Source: Anolis carolinensis
Lineage: Eukaryota
Direction: 5' to 3'
Assembly (NCBI RefSeq): GCF_035594765.1
Contig: NW_026943823.1
Span: 1,550,001 to 1,614,000, forward strand
DNA: 64,000 nucleotides
Position 1 is the first letter of the stretch; every line of letters starts with the position of its first letter. Below are positions 39,864 through 58,174 of the stretch, piece after piece. The notes under the pieces are model-generated. The model was not told where the DNA came from, made no database searches, and was given only the letters and a program-made list of their open reading frames with translations. The position numbers and the translations under genes are program-made.

Positions 39864-42800
39864 ATGGACTTGGACAATGAAGACCAAGATGTGGAGGACA
39901 CGAACGAAGAGCTGGAGGCCCTCAAGGAGGAAGCTCTCCTCCTCGTTGACAAAGTGATTAAAGGGGCAACGGACACCGTTAGAGACCTGAAGAAGAAAGA
40001 AGAAGGTGCGGCAAGACAATCTTTGCTGTGTTTCTGGAGCCTTTTTGTTGAGTGTGCTGATATTTACGCTATGGATTTCTCTCCTCAGCTGCAGCTGCCA
40101 AATACAAAATACCCAACATCCAGTGGATGGAGTGCAGAGACTTCACTGTAGGAAAAGGGCTGCTGCAGATCGAGGAATATATGAGAGTAAGGTATCTTTA
40201 GCTATCAATTGGTATAATTAGGACAAAAACGGAGTCCGGATGTACACAAATGACACCGAGTCCTTGATGGAGTACTTCCTCATTCTTCCACACACTGCTG
40301 GAAGGTTTTGTGGTGTCGTAAATTAGTTAAATTAGCCTCCCTGAATAAAGCGGTACCTAAATTTCCTACTCGACAGATGCAACTGTCTTTCGGGCTGCAT
40401 AGTTCAACAGCAAGCTAGACTATTAATGGTCGGGAGCTTACTCCAACCTAGGCTTGCCTTGAACTCATGACCTCTCGGTCAGTAGTGATTTATTACAGCT
40501 GGCTACTAACCAGCTGCGCCCCAGCCTGGTCCTAATGTTTGCTTCTCATGGACTTGGCACAGGGATTTGGTTAACCCAGTGGTTCCCAAACTTATTTGGA
40601 CTGCCGCCCCCTTTCCAGAAAAAATATGACTCAGCACCCCCTGGAATGGAGGTGTGGCTTAGAGGGGTGGGCGTGGCTCCTGCTCAAGAGGGCGGGGCTG
40701 AGCCTCTCCCCAGTCCAAGACGGGAGGGGGAGGGGGAGGTGGGCGGGGCCACAAATGGGCGGCCAGGACTGGGATGGGCGGAGTTACGAGCTCTGAGGCA
40801 GGGCTGAGCTTCTATCCCTGTCCTGGATGCAGGGGGCGGGGCTAGAGGAGAGGGTGGGGCCTCTAGACCCCACGTCCGTGTTCTAACAATTGCCTCAGGG
40901 GAGGTATACAGAGGCTCTTGGGAAGAGGCCCCGCCTCTAGCCCCGCCTTTTAGTCCTCTCCTCTCAGGAGAGTTATAGAGGCTCAGCCCTGTCTCAGGCT
41001 CTTGGAAGGAGGCCCCGCCCCCTGTGTCCCAACAAGCGCCTCAGGAGAGGTATAGACTCTCAGCCCTGTCTCGGGCTCTTGGGAAGAAGCCACACCCACT
41101 CCTCTAGCCCCGCCCTTTAGTCCTAAAAGGCCTCTCAGGAGAGATATAGAGGCTCAGCCCTATCTCAGGCTCTTGGAAGGAGGCCCCACCCCCTTCCCTA
41201 GCTCCGCCCTGTGTCCCAACAAGTGCCTCAGGAGAGGTATAGACTCTCAGCCCTGTCATGGGTTCTTGGGAAGAAGCCACACCCACTCCTCTAGCCCCAC
41301 CCTTTAGTCCTAAAAGGCCTATCAGGAGAAGTATAGAGGCTCAGCCCTGTCTCGTGCTCTTAGGAGGAGGCCCCGCCCCCTTCCCTAGCTCCGCCCTGTG
41401 TCTCAACAAGCGCCTCAGGAGAGGTATAGATGCTCAGCCCTGTCTCAGATTCTTGGGAAGAAGCCACGCCCACTCCTCTAGCCCCGCCCTTTAGTCCTAA
41501 AAGGCCTCTCAGGGGAGATATAGAGGCTCAGCCCTATCTCAGGTTCTTGGAAGGAGGCCCCGCCCCCTTCCCTAGCCCCGCCCTCTGTGTCCCAACAAGA
41601 GCCTCAGGAGAGGTATAGATGCTCAGCCCTGTCTCGGGCTCTTGGGAAGAAGCCACGCCCACTCTAGCCCTGCCCTTTAGTCCTAAAAGGCCTCTCAGGG
41701 GAGATATAGAGGCTCAGCCCTATCTCAGGCTCTTGGAAGGAGGCCCCGCCCCCTTCCCTAGCTCCGCCCTCTGTGTCCTAACAAGGGGAGGTATAGATGC
41801 TCAGCCCTGTCTCAGGCTCTTGGGAAGAAGCCACGCCCACTCCTCTAGCCCCGCCCTTTAGTCCTAAAAGGCCTCTCAGGGGAGATATAGAGGCTCAGCC
41901 CTATCTCAGGTTCTTGGAAGGAGGCCCCGCCCCCTTCCCTAGCCCCGCCCTCTGTGTCCCAACAAGAGCCTCAGGAGAGGTATAGATGCTCAGCCCTGTC
42001 TCGGGCTCTTGGGAAGAAGCCACGCCCACTCTAGCCCTGCCCTTTAGTCCTAAAAGGCCTCTCAGGGGAGATATAGAGGCTCAGCCCTATCTCAGGCTCT
42101 TGGAAGGAGGCCCCGCCCCCTTCCCTAGCTCCGCCCTCTGTGTCCTAACAAGGGGAGGTATAGATGCTCAGCCCTGTCTCAGGCTCTTGGGAAGAAGCCA
42201 CGCCCACTCCTCTAGCCCCGCCCTTTAGTCCTAAAAGGCCTCTCAGGGGAGATATAGAGGCTCAGCCCTATCTCAGGTTCTTGGAAGGAGGCCCCGCCCC
42301 CTTCCCTAGCCCCGCCCTCTGTGTCCCAACAAGAGCCTCAGGAGAGGTATAGATGCTCAGCCCTGTCTCGGGCTCTTGGGAAGAAGCCACGCCCACTCTA
42401 GCCCTGCCCTTTAGTCCTAAAAGGCCTCTCAGGGGAGATATAGAGGCTCAGCCCTATCTCAGGCTCTTGGAAGGAGGCCCCGCCCCCTTCCCTAGCTCCG
42501 CCCTCTGTGTCCTAACAAGGGGAGGTATAGATGCTCAGCCCTGTCTCAGGCTCTTGGGAAGAAGCCACGCCCACTCCTCTAGCCCCGCCCTTTAGTCCTA
42601 AAAGGCCTCTCAGGGGAGATATAGAGGCTCAGCCCTATCTCAGGCTCTTGGAAGGAGGCCCCGCCCCCTTCCCTAGCTCCGCCCTCTGTGTCCTAACAAG
42701 GGGAGGTATAGATGCTCAGCCCTGTCTCAGGCTCTTGGGAAGAAGCCACGCCCACTCCTCTAGCCCCGCCCTTTAGTCCTAAAAGGCCTCTTAGGGGAGA

Positions 42801-44555
42801 TGTAGAGGCTCAGCCCTGTCTCCGGCACTTGGTTTCTTCACTCCACAGACGTGGGAGCTCCACGAAAGCTGGCTGCACTGGATCAACTACCTCAGCGAGG
42901 AAGAGCTCGAGTACAGCACGCGGTACCACTACCGGGTGCGGTGGAGCATCCCCACGTGCCGCAAGCCCATCCCGCGAGCCACGGCCTGCGTCTTCTTCAT
43001 CCTCGAGATTTCCAAAGTCAGGCCTGATGTAAGTGTTCCGCTTCCCAGAGTCACATCCCTTTCGTTCTTTACGGCACAGCATTTAACGACGTCTTCTTTT
43101 CCATTTGCAACAGACTTTGCCCATCGAAGTATACTTTGTGGTGGAGACAAACAAGCTCATTCACAGGTATGTTCACAGGTATTGTGGGAGTTGGGAGTCC
43201 AAAACACCTGGAGGGTCGAAGTTTGACCATGCCAGCGTTAGACGGCCAGCTCTCTCTATCTCTCAGTGCCGATATCTGAATATTTCGAATTCCAAATTCC
43301 AGTTCTGAATATTTCAAATTCCATGAAATACTTACCGTATATACTTGAGTATAAGCTGACCCGAATATAAGCCGAGGCTCCTAATATTACCGCAAAAAAA
43401 CTGGGAAAACATTGACTCCAGTATAAGCTGAGATACCAATAAAATTACCGTATATACTTGAGTATAAGCCGACCCGAATATAAGCCGAGGCACCTAATTT
43501 TACCACAAAAAAACTGGGAAAACATTGACTCCAGTATAAGCCGAGAATGGTAAATTTCAGAAATAAAAATAGATACCAATAAAATTACATGAATTGAGGC
43601 ATTGGTAGGTTCAATGTTTTTGAATATTTACAGAAAGCTCAAATTTAAGATAAGACTGTCCAACTCTAATCAAATCATTATTCTCATCTTCTTCAATGTA
43701 AATGGGCTTATGTATCCTTTTTAATAATAATAAAGTAAAACAATACATGTAATAATAATAATAATAATAATAAATAATACAGGAAAATAATACATGGATA
43801 ATAAATAGAGTAAAATAATAAATATAATAATAATATCAGAGTGAAATAATAAATGTATGAATAATAATAAGATCAAAGTGAAATAATAAATGTATTAATA
43901 ATAATAATAAAAATAGAGTAAAATAAATGTAACAGTAGCAACAATAGAGAAAAATAATAAATGTAATAATACCAATAATAATAGAGAAAAATAATACATG
44001 TAATAACAAAAATAATAAATAATATGGGAAAATAATACATGTAGTAATAAATAGAGTAAAATAATAAATATAATAATAATTAGATCAGAGTGAAATAATA
44101 AATGTATAATAAGATCAGAGTGAAATAATAAATGAATGAATAATAATATGATCAGAGTGAAATAATAAATGTATGAATAATAATAAGATCAAAGTGAAAT
44201 AATAAATGTATTAATAATAGAGTAAAATAAATGTAATAGTAGCAACAATAATAGAGAAAAATAATAAATATAATAATACCAATAATAATAGAGAAAAATA
44301 ATAAATGTACCATATAATCTCGAGTATAAACTGACCCAAATATAAGCCAACCAGGACCCTCATCCGAGTATAAGCTGAGGGGGGCTTTTTCAGTCTTATA
44401 AAAAAGGGCTGAAAAACTAGGCTTATACTCGAGTATATACAGTATTCTCTCTGCTATTTGTCCTTTACAGGCCGGTAGAATCTCGATTTAAAGAAAAATG
44501 GCTCAAAGACGTCATTGAGAGCAAAACTTGCCTGATGGAGATGATCAACTTTTAG
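39864..44555 (+). CDS. AKAP14: A-kinase anchoring protein 14 (~185 aa); exons 39864-40005, 40089-40186, 42849-43028, 43114-43166, 44471-44555
   Basis: Amphipathic helix EALLLVDKVIKGA, NIQWMECRDFTVGKGLLQIEEY, VRWSIPT, LIHRP..RFKEKWLK; GT-AG introns, 558 nt; sits between NDUFA1 and NKAP as in human. An alternative acceptor at 40095 would keep the frame. Confidence 0.92.
40310..40532 (-). mobile_element. tRNA-derived SINE
   Basis: Minus-strand head ggcgcagctggttagtag (A-box-like) ... gagttcaag (B-box-like). Confidence 0.6.
40577..42822. repeat. hAT-type 5' end (CAGTGGTTCCCAAAC at 40577) followed by a GC-rich array of ~92-bp monomers with a 367-bp higher-order repeat
   Basis: Identical ORFs recur at 41430/41797/42164 and 41619/41986/42353 (367-bp spacing). 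Confidence 0.9.
43335..44442. mobile_element. Tc2/pogo-like MITE with a duplicated 5' end and expanded AT-rich interior
   Basis: TA|CCGTATATACTTGAGTATAAGC ... GCTTATACTCGAGTATATACAG|TA; second 5' end near 43448. Confidence 0.75.
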
Positions 44556-44924
44556 TACCGTTGGAACTGCAGTTAGTTAAAAGCTCGTATGCATATTTTC
44601 CTGCTTTTCCTATTTGGAAATAAACATTTCATTCCTCTGTAAGCCAGAGTATGCTGTTTGATTTGCGGATAGTAAAATAAACATAACCTGAAGGTGGTGA
44701 ACCTTGCACTTGGTCAGGGATGGGAGATCGCAGAGGTCAGATCTCCATAGACTGCAACAACATTTGAGTCCACAAAACTGCAATTCTCTGAAATAATTAT
44801 TATTATGCTTATTTGTACCCTGCTTTTTCTTCTCCACAAAGGAGACACATTGGTTATAGTGGATAAGGCTGATGGGAACCATAGTTCACTGTCATCTATA
44901 TGGATAAGTTGCTGAACACTTTCA

Positions 44925-45768
44925 ACAGAAAGAAGAAAATCAGGAAAATGAACAAAATCTGGTCACAAGTATTTAAAAAAACCAAAAATCAGGATAGTAA
45001 ATAAAGAACACCACTAAGAAAACAGGCAAATTCAAGACAGAAAGAAAGAAGAAAATCAGGAAAATGAACAAAATCTGGTCATAAGTATTTAAAAAAAACC
45101 AAAAATCAGGATAGTAAATAAAGAACACCACTAAGAAAACAGGCAAATTCAAGACAGGAAACAATCAGGGCTAGGTAACACCTCCCAACAAAGGATTCCC
45201 CCCCAGACAAGAAGCAGCCAGGCTTTGAAGCTGAAAGGCTATTCAATGCTAATCAAGGTGGCCAATTGCAATTCACACTTGCCTCAAACAGACAAGAGTT
45301 CTCTTTCCCACCCTACAGATATATAAACCCCACTTGCCTAGTTTCCAACAGACTCACAACCTCTGAGGATGCCTGCCATAGATGTGGACGAAACATCAGG
45401 AGAGAATGCTTCTGGAACATGGCCAGACAGCCCGGAAAACTCACAACAACCCAAAGGTCAGAAATATATACATTACTGTCCTAGTTTCCAACAGACTCAC
45501 AACCTCTGAGGATGCCTGCCATAGATGTGGGCGAAACGTCAGGAGAGAATGCTTCTGGAACATGGCCAGACAGCCCGGAAAACTCACAGCAACCCAAAGG
45601 TCAGAAATATATACATTACTGTCCTAGTTTCCAACAGACTCACAACCTCTGAGGATGCCTGCCACAGATGTGGGCAAAACGTCAGAAGAGAATGCTTCTG
45701 GAACATGGCCAGACAGCTCAGAAAACTCACAGCAACCTAGTGATTCTGGCCATGAAAGCCTTCGACGA
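44925..45768 (+). mobile_element. Penelope-like fragment with three tandem 143-bp pLTR units; intact hammerhead motif at 45503-45543
   Basis: cct-ctgagga...gaaacgtc-agg is intact in the middle unit; units 1 and 3 are mutated; 3' end ggccatgaaagccttcgac. Confidence 0.75.
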
Positions 45769-46750
45769 TGGATTAAGTTTTCATAAAGCAAGTGGTAAAT
45801 GTAAAGATTGGTACCAATAGCTCTCCAAAATAATATAATATAATAATCAGGCGTACTTGGAATCAGCAATTTATTTAAACGTTCTCAGAAATAATACAAA
45901 TATTGAGAACTGTGCAAAGAGAGGTACTTAGATAAAACCCACTCCACCCTCTATATATATACATCCTGCCTTGGGAAGAAGGGGCATTTCCTATGGCACC
46001 TTCGCAAGCTTTTTGTGTAGTGCGTTCCGTTTACTACACAATGGTCCAAGGTTTTACCTAAAATATGGCTGACTTTGAGTAAATAGCAGATTAAAAAAAC
46101 TCCTGATTCCGACCCAAATATTGGTTGTGTTCCCCCCACAGAAATTCTACTTATAAATCCAACTGGATATTCTTCAAACAGTTCTCTCTTTCGTTAAGAT
46201 GGGGTCAGGTTCTTCCACCTCCTTCAATGTACAATATTCCAAAAAGGAAGGAATAAAATCTGTCTTATTTACAACGGTTTAAAGCTGCTTTTGATGCATT
46301 AAAATAAAGAAACGATTTAAAACAACCGAAATATTTTACATCTATTCTGTGAAGTAATCAGCATGAGGCGGCATCCCCTTGTTAAGGATGTTTTTGCCTC
46401 ATTTGGATCCAGTTAATTGTTTTTGGTTTCATACCATGGGCTCAAATACAAATGCAAACAACCTGAATAGAACCCTCAGATTTCGTTCCTGTTTATATGC
46501 TCAGAATTTTTTTTTTTTAAATGCTGTTTTCCAAGATTACCGAGCTGGTTCCCAACAACGTGTTTGCATAAATCTTCAGGATTGCTGTTTTCTCTATTTC
46601 TGACTCCATGTGTTGTGTTTTTGTATTCCGCAATGTCCTCGAAAGCATTGCAAACGACCCCGGAAAGGGCTCTTTGTCTGATATCCATATCCTTGCAAGT
46701 ACACGCATTTGCAAATCTCTACGGACAGGCGATACAAAGCAGCACGCCGT

Positions 46751-52889
<6,139 letters not shown>

Positions 52890-53240
52890 CGCTGCCTTCC
52901 CAAAACACAGGCCGCACTTCCGGGTCCTGACGTCACTTCCGCCGGTGCCGCCACCAAAACAAACAGGCAGCCGAGGCTCCGCTCGCCATAACGAAGACGT
53001 CACTTCCGGCCTTGTGCTCGTTCGCTCTTATTTCTCCCTATCTCCAGGTGCAACACGAATCTCCCTCCGCCGGAGCCTCCAACGGGTGCATCCCTTATTA
53101 GCGCCCGTGCAGCTAGCGGGCCGCTCCTTAACGTTCCGTGCGGCCGTCCCTTTGTGAAAAAGCGGGAAGCGCGAGGATGGATCCCGGCGCCATGAAGGAG
53201 GCGGGGAGCGAGGCTCCGGGTGAGAGAACCTTTCCCTAGC
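52890..53240. promoter_or_regulatory. NKAP CpG-island promoter with two ETS-CRE composite sites
   Basis: tgacgtcacttccg at 52928-52941 and gacgtcacttccgg at 52996-53009. Confidence 0.8.
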
Positions 53241-53709
53241 TTCCTTTGGATGCATCTGCACCGTGGAATGAATCTAGTTCGATGCCGCTTTAACTGCTAG
53301 GGCTCAATCCTGCGGGGGTCCTGGGATTTGTAGCCTGTTCAGGCCTCGGGCCCCTTCCCATCTGCACCGCCATAGACAGTCCAGATGATCTGCTTTGAAC
53401 TGGGTTATCTGGCAGTGTAGACTCATATAATCCAGTCCAAAGAAGATAATCTGGATTGTCTGCTTTGATAATCGGGATTGTATGGCCGTGTAGAAGGGGT
53501 CTCTCTTGATTCCGTAGCATCGAGCCAGGACAATTCAAGTGGTGTCAAACTGCATTAATTCTTCAGTGTAGATTCATTTGTTCATTTGTCACAGCCTCAT
53601 TTGTTTTATGATCTGTTTTATTGCTATGTTTTTGTCTGTTGCCTGGTCTTGGCCCCATGTAAACCGCCCCGAGTTCTTTCAGGGAGATGTGGCGGGGTTT
53701 AAAAATAAA

Positions 53710-53745
<36 letters not shown>

Positions 53746-53747
<2 letters not shown>

Positions 53748-54010
53748 GACACAGCAAACAAGATAGATATGCTGGATTTCATATCACAAAACCACAAGTC
53801 GAACACTTCCCAAGTGTCTAGGACTGTGTGATGTATTTTTGGATGATGTGTGCAGAACCCAGTTGGGTGGCCTTTTGCAGTTGGCAGATCGTAATTTTGT
53901 CAATGTCTATTGTTTCCAAATGCCGGCTGAGATCTTTTGGCACAGCACCCAATGTGCCCATCACCACCGGGACCACCTGCACTGGTTTCTGCCAGAGTCT
54001 TTGAAGTTCA
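53746..54010 (-). mobile_element. R4/Dong-clade 3' fragment in (ATT)n
   Basis: Reverse complement of the 16894 element; flanked by (ATT)n. Confidence 0.8.
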
Positions 54011-54029
54011 ATTATTCATTAATTAATTC

Positions 54030-54069
<40 letters not shown>

Positions 54070-54367
54070 GATGCCCAGTTTCTGACACTGTAAGCTTTTC
54101 ATCAAAGGTGCCTTCTACACTGCCATATAATCCAGATTATCAGAGCAGATAATCCACATTAACTGCTTGGAACTGGATGATATGAGTCTACACTGCCATA
54201 CAATCCAGTTCAAAGCAGATACTCTCGATTCTTTGCTTTTATCATCTGGATTATATGGCACTGTAGAAGGGGCTTCATATAATACAATTCATAGCAGACC
54301 ATTTGGATTATATGGCACTGTAAAAGGGGCCTCATATAATCCAGTTCAAAGCAGATACTCTGGATTA

Positions 54368-54628
54368 AACCAGTACAGGTGGTCCCGGTGGTGATGGGCA
54401 CACTGGGTGCTGTGCCAAAAGATCTCAGCCGGCATTTGGAAACAATAGACATTGACAAAATCACCATCTGCCAACTGCAAAAGGCCACCCTACTGGGATC
54501 TGCACACATCATCAGAAAATACATCACACCATCCTAGACACTTGGGAAGTGTTCGACTTGTGGTTTTGCGAAACGAAATCCAGCATCTCTATCTTGTTTG
54601 CTGTGCCATACAACGTTGTTGTGTTGAT
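54368..54628 (+). mobile_element. R4/Dong-clade 3' fragment
   Basis: Same 3' sequence, ending in (TAA)n. Confidence 0.8.
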
Positions 54629-56263
54629 AATAATAATAACTTTATTTTTATACCCCGCCCCATCTCCCCAAAAGGACTCGGGGCGGCTTACATGGGGCCT
54701 TGCCCGATAAAACAATCAAATATCAAAACACAGCAATAAAACAGTTATCCAATAAAAACATCAGCAGTTATCCAATAAAAACATATAGCAGTGTAGAAGG
54801 GGCATCATATAATCCAGTTCAAATAAGATAATGTGGATTTTATATGTCAAAGTACAAGCAAGTGTTGTCTTGCTTTTGTTATTATTTCCCCCAAAATCTG
54901 GTGTGATGTAGGCTGGATTTACACTGCCAAATAATTCAGATTATCAAATCAGATAATCCAGTTCATCTGATTTGAACAGGATTATATGAGTCTACACTCT
55001 GATGAGGCTAATAGAGGAGTTGTGGACCAAAACACTGGAGGATCAGTGAAGCTCAGGCCCCTTCCACACAGCTGAATAAAATCCCACAATATCGATTTTG
55101 AACTGGAATATGTGGCAGTGTGGACTCAGATAACCCAGTTCAAAACCGATATTGTGGGATTTTCTGCCTTGATATTCTGGGTTATATGGCTGTGTGGATG
55201 GCACTGGATTAGTCATACTCTTCTTGAATTAATTCATAAAGTCTTGGGAATAATAAAAGGTGCAAAAAAAAGATCTACAGATACCTCACACTGCATTATT
55301 GGAAGGCCTATGCAAACTTCCTACAGGGTTCTTGCAGTGTGTATTCGAGTTGTTGATTCTTTTTGAGTTGTTAATGCTCTTTCAGGGAAAGCTGGGAAAG
55401 TACAAGAGCAATTGTTGCCATTTCAGATGAATGGGCTGCTGATTCCATATGAAAGGGAAATGGCAATTGCTGTCATTTCAGGCTGATAGGTCTTTAGCTG
55501 CCTAACTCAACATGCTATTCTAATTTTACATACATACATATATATAAAATATACAATAATTTATAAATATATAATATATTGTATATACTTATAATATTGA
55601 TAATAATATTATTATAATGTAATACAATATTATATTAATTTATAATATAATATTAATTATATATTAAATGTAATATTACTAATAATATTAGCATAAAATT
55701 ATATAGTACAATATAGTAATTTAATTGCTTATATTGTGCTGTGCTAATAATATATTGTATGTACATTTGATTTGTAAGCCGCTCTGAGTCCCCTTTGGGG
55801 TGAGAAGAGCGGCATATAAATGCAGCAAATAAATAAATAAATGTATCATGTATTATCATGCATTTATTATTATTATTCACGTATTATGTTAATATTATTA
55901 TTATTAATAACATAATACATTAATAATAATAATACATGCATAATACATAATACATAACTAACAATAAATAAATATATATTATTATTAATAATACTATTAA
56001 TATATATTTATTTATTCATTTATTTATTGTTAGTTATGTATTATGTATTATGCATTTATTATTATTATTAATGTATTGTTATTATTATTAATAATAATAT
56101 ATTATTATATATTTATTATTCATCCATTTATTATTATTTATGTATTATGTATCATCATGCATTTATTATTAATATTCATGTATTATGTTGTTATTATTAT
56201 TATTATTATTGACACAACGACGTTGTATGACACAGCAAACAAGATAGATATGCTGGATTTCGT

Positions 56264-56411
56264 NNNNNNNNNNNNNNNNNNNNNNNNNNNNNNNNNNNNN
56301 NNNNNNNNNNNNNNNNNNNNNNNNNNNNNNNNNNNNNNNNNNNNNNNNNNNNNNNNNNNNNNNNNNNNNNNNNNNNNNNNNNNNNNNNNNNNNNNNNNNN
56401 NNNNNNNNNNN
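56264..56411. other. Assembly gap (N run)
   Basis: Run of N immediately before the ZBTB33 CpG island. Confidence 1.
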
Positions 56412-56900
56412 NTTTCCCGGGCCCTGGCTGCACGTGGCTCGCCTTTCCAGCTGCCGGGTGGTTCATCCAAGGCGGAAAAGCCCGAACCCGGCAGCCGGAA
56501 AGCCCCGAAGCGCCTTCGCTTGCTTGAGCGGCTTCCGAAGCCTCCCGATCATTGATTTTCCGGAAGCAACCGAGCGCCTTCCCCCCCTCCGCCGTCTCCG
56601 GAGGTTGCCGAGCGCGTCCCGGGAAGGGCTGAGCGCCCGTGTAGCCTCCTCCCCCGCCCCTCAAGGGAGGGCGAAGGCTTCCGGAGACTGCCGAGCGGCG
56701 TCCGAGCGTGCGAAGGGACGCGGCGGCGTCGGGCCTGGTCGTTTTCGGGCGGAAAGGAAGGAAGAAAGGGAGGAAAGCGAGAGGTAGGGCGGGCCTCCGA
56801 AGGGGGGGTCCCGGGGGTCCCATCCCCGCCTTCCTTTGTTCCAGGAGCCCCCCCCCCCCCACGCCCTCCCCTTTTGTGACCCCAGCTGTCAATCAAGCCT
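56412..56900 (+). promoter_or_regulatory. CpG island; probable ZBTB33 promoter and non-coding exon 1 (donor gag|gtaggg at 56783/56784)
   Basis: GC-rich, several CCGGAA ETS cores; the coding exon has an acceptor at 58172. Confidence 0.6.
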
Positions 56901-56949
56901 CCCCTCCCGCCCCCTTTCCTCCATGTTTTCCTCTCTTTGAATCAACCCC

Positions 56950-57700
56950 TTCCAGTTCAAGGCAGGCAACCCGGATTATATGGTAGTGTAGACTCAGATC
57001 ATCCAGTTCAAGGTGGATAATCTGGATTATATGGCAGTGTAGATTCATATCGCCAAATTCATGGCAGGTAATCTGGATTATATAGCAGTGCAGACTCATA
57101 TCATCCAGTTCAAGGAAACTAATCTGGATTATATGGAAGTGTAGATTCATATAATTCAGTTCAAGGCAGGCAACCCGGATTATATGGTAGTGTAGACTCA
57201 GATCATCCAGTTCAAGGAGGATAATCTGGGTTATATGGCAGTGTAGACTCATATTATCCAGTTCAAAGCAGGCAATCTGGATTATATGGCAGTGTAGACT
57301 CTTATAATCTAGTTCAAAGCAAATAATCAGGATTATATGGCAGTGTAGACTCATATTGTCCAGTTCAAGGCACGTAGTCTGGATTATATGGTAGTGTAAA
57401 CTCAGGGCCTTTCTACACTGTCATATGAACTGGATTACTAACTCAGATCATCCACATTATCTGCTTTGATCTGGGTTATATGAGTCTGCACTGCCATCTC
57501 ATCCAGTTCAAAGCAGATCATCTGTATTACATGGCATTGTAGACCCAGGGCCCTTCTACTCTGCCATATAATCCAGATTATCAAAGCAGATTATCCATAT
57601 GCTGTGCTTTGAACTAGATTATATGAGTCTACACTGTCATCCCATCCAGTTCAAAGCTGATCATCTGGGTTTTTATTCAGCAGTCAAAGGGATCTCATAA
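56950..57700. repeat. 51-bp tandem units and MITE fragments of the ggattatatggcagtgtaga family (probably PIF/Harbinger-derived)
   Basis: atccagttcaa...ggattatatggcagtgtagactc repeats ~9 times; the same motif occurs near 51250, 53350, 54110 and 55050 and inside Helitron copies. Confidence 0.7.
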
Positions 57701-58174
57701 TAATAATAATAATCCAGCATGTCTATCTTGTTTGCTGTGTCATACAATAAAATAATAATAATAATAAGTTTATTTGTATCCCGCCACCATCTCCCCCGGA
57801 GGGGACTCGGGCTGGCTCACAGAAATATCAGATGCAAAACAATAACAATGTATCGTAGCAAATGAGGTGAATCCGATAAACAATAACATGTACCAGTTAT
57901 AATATTTAAACATTGACCAGAAAATGACACATACTTACTAAAAAACATAGAATTAAAAACAGTGAGGTTCAATGACAGATTAACAAAGTGCACATTATAA
58001 GTTGCGATAAATAATAATAAAGTATAATATGATCCGGTTCAAAGCAGGCAGTGTGGACGATCTGCTTTAATACTCTAGATTTTATAGCCGTGTTGATCTA
58101 TTTTAAGGCCCTTCAAGATGAACCGTTCTATCGTAGGGAGAATAAATTGGACGTGCTTCTTTGTTGTTATAGGT

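Noticed and set aside
41258-42776. Repeated Pro-rich ORFs (MLSPVSGSWEEA...)
   Set aside because: Products of the intronic 367-bp repeat, with stops in each unit.
58118-58174. 19-aa N-terminal extension of ZBTB33 in the ORF track
   Set aside because: It spans the pyrimidine tract and acceptor at 58172, so it is intronic.
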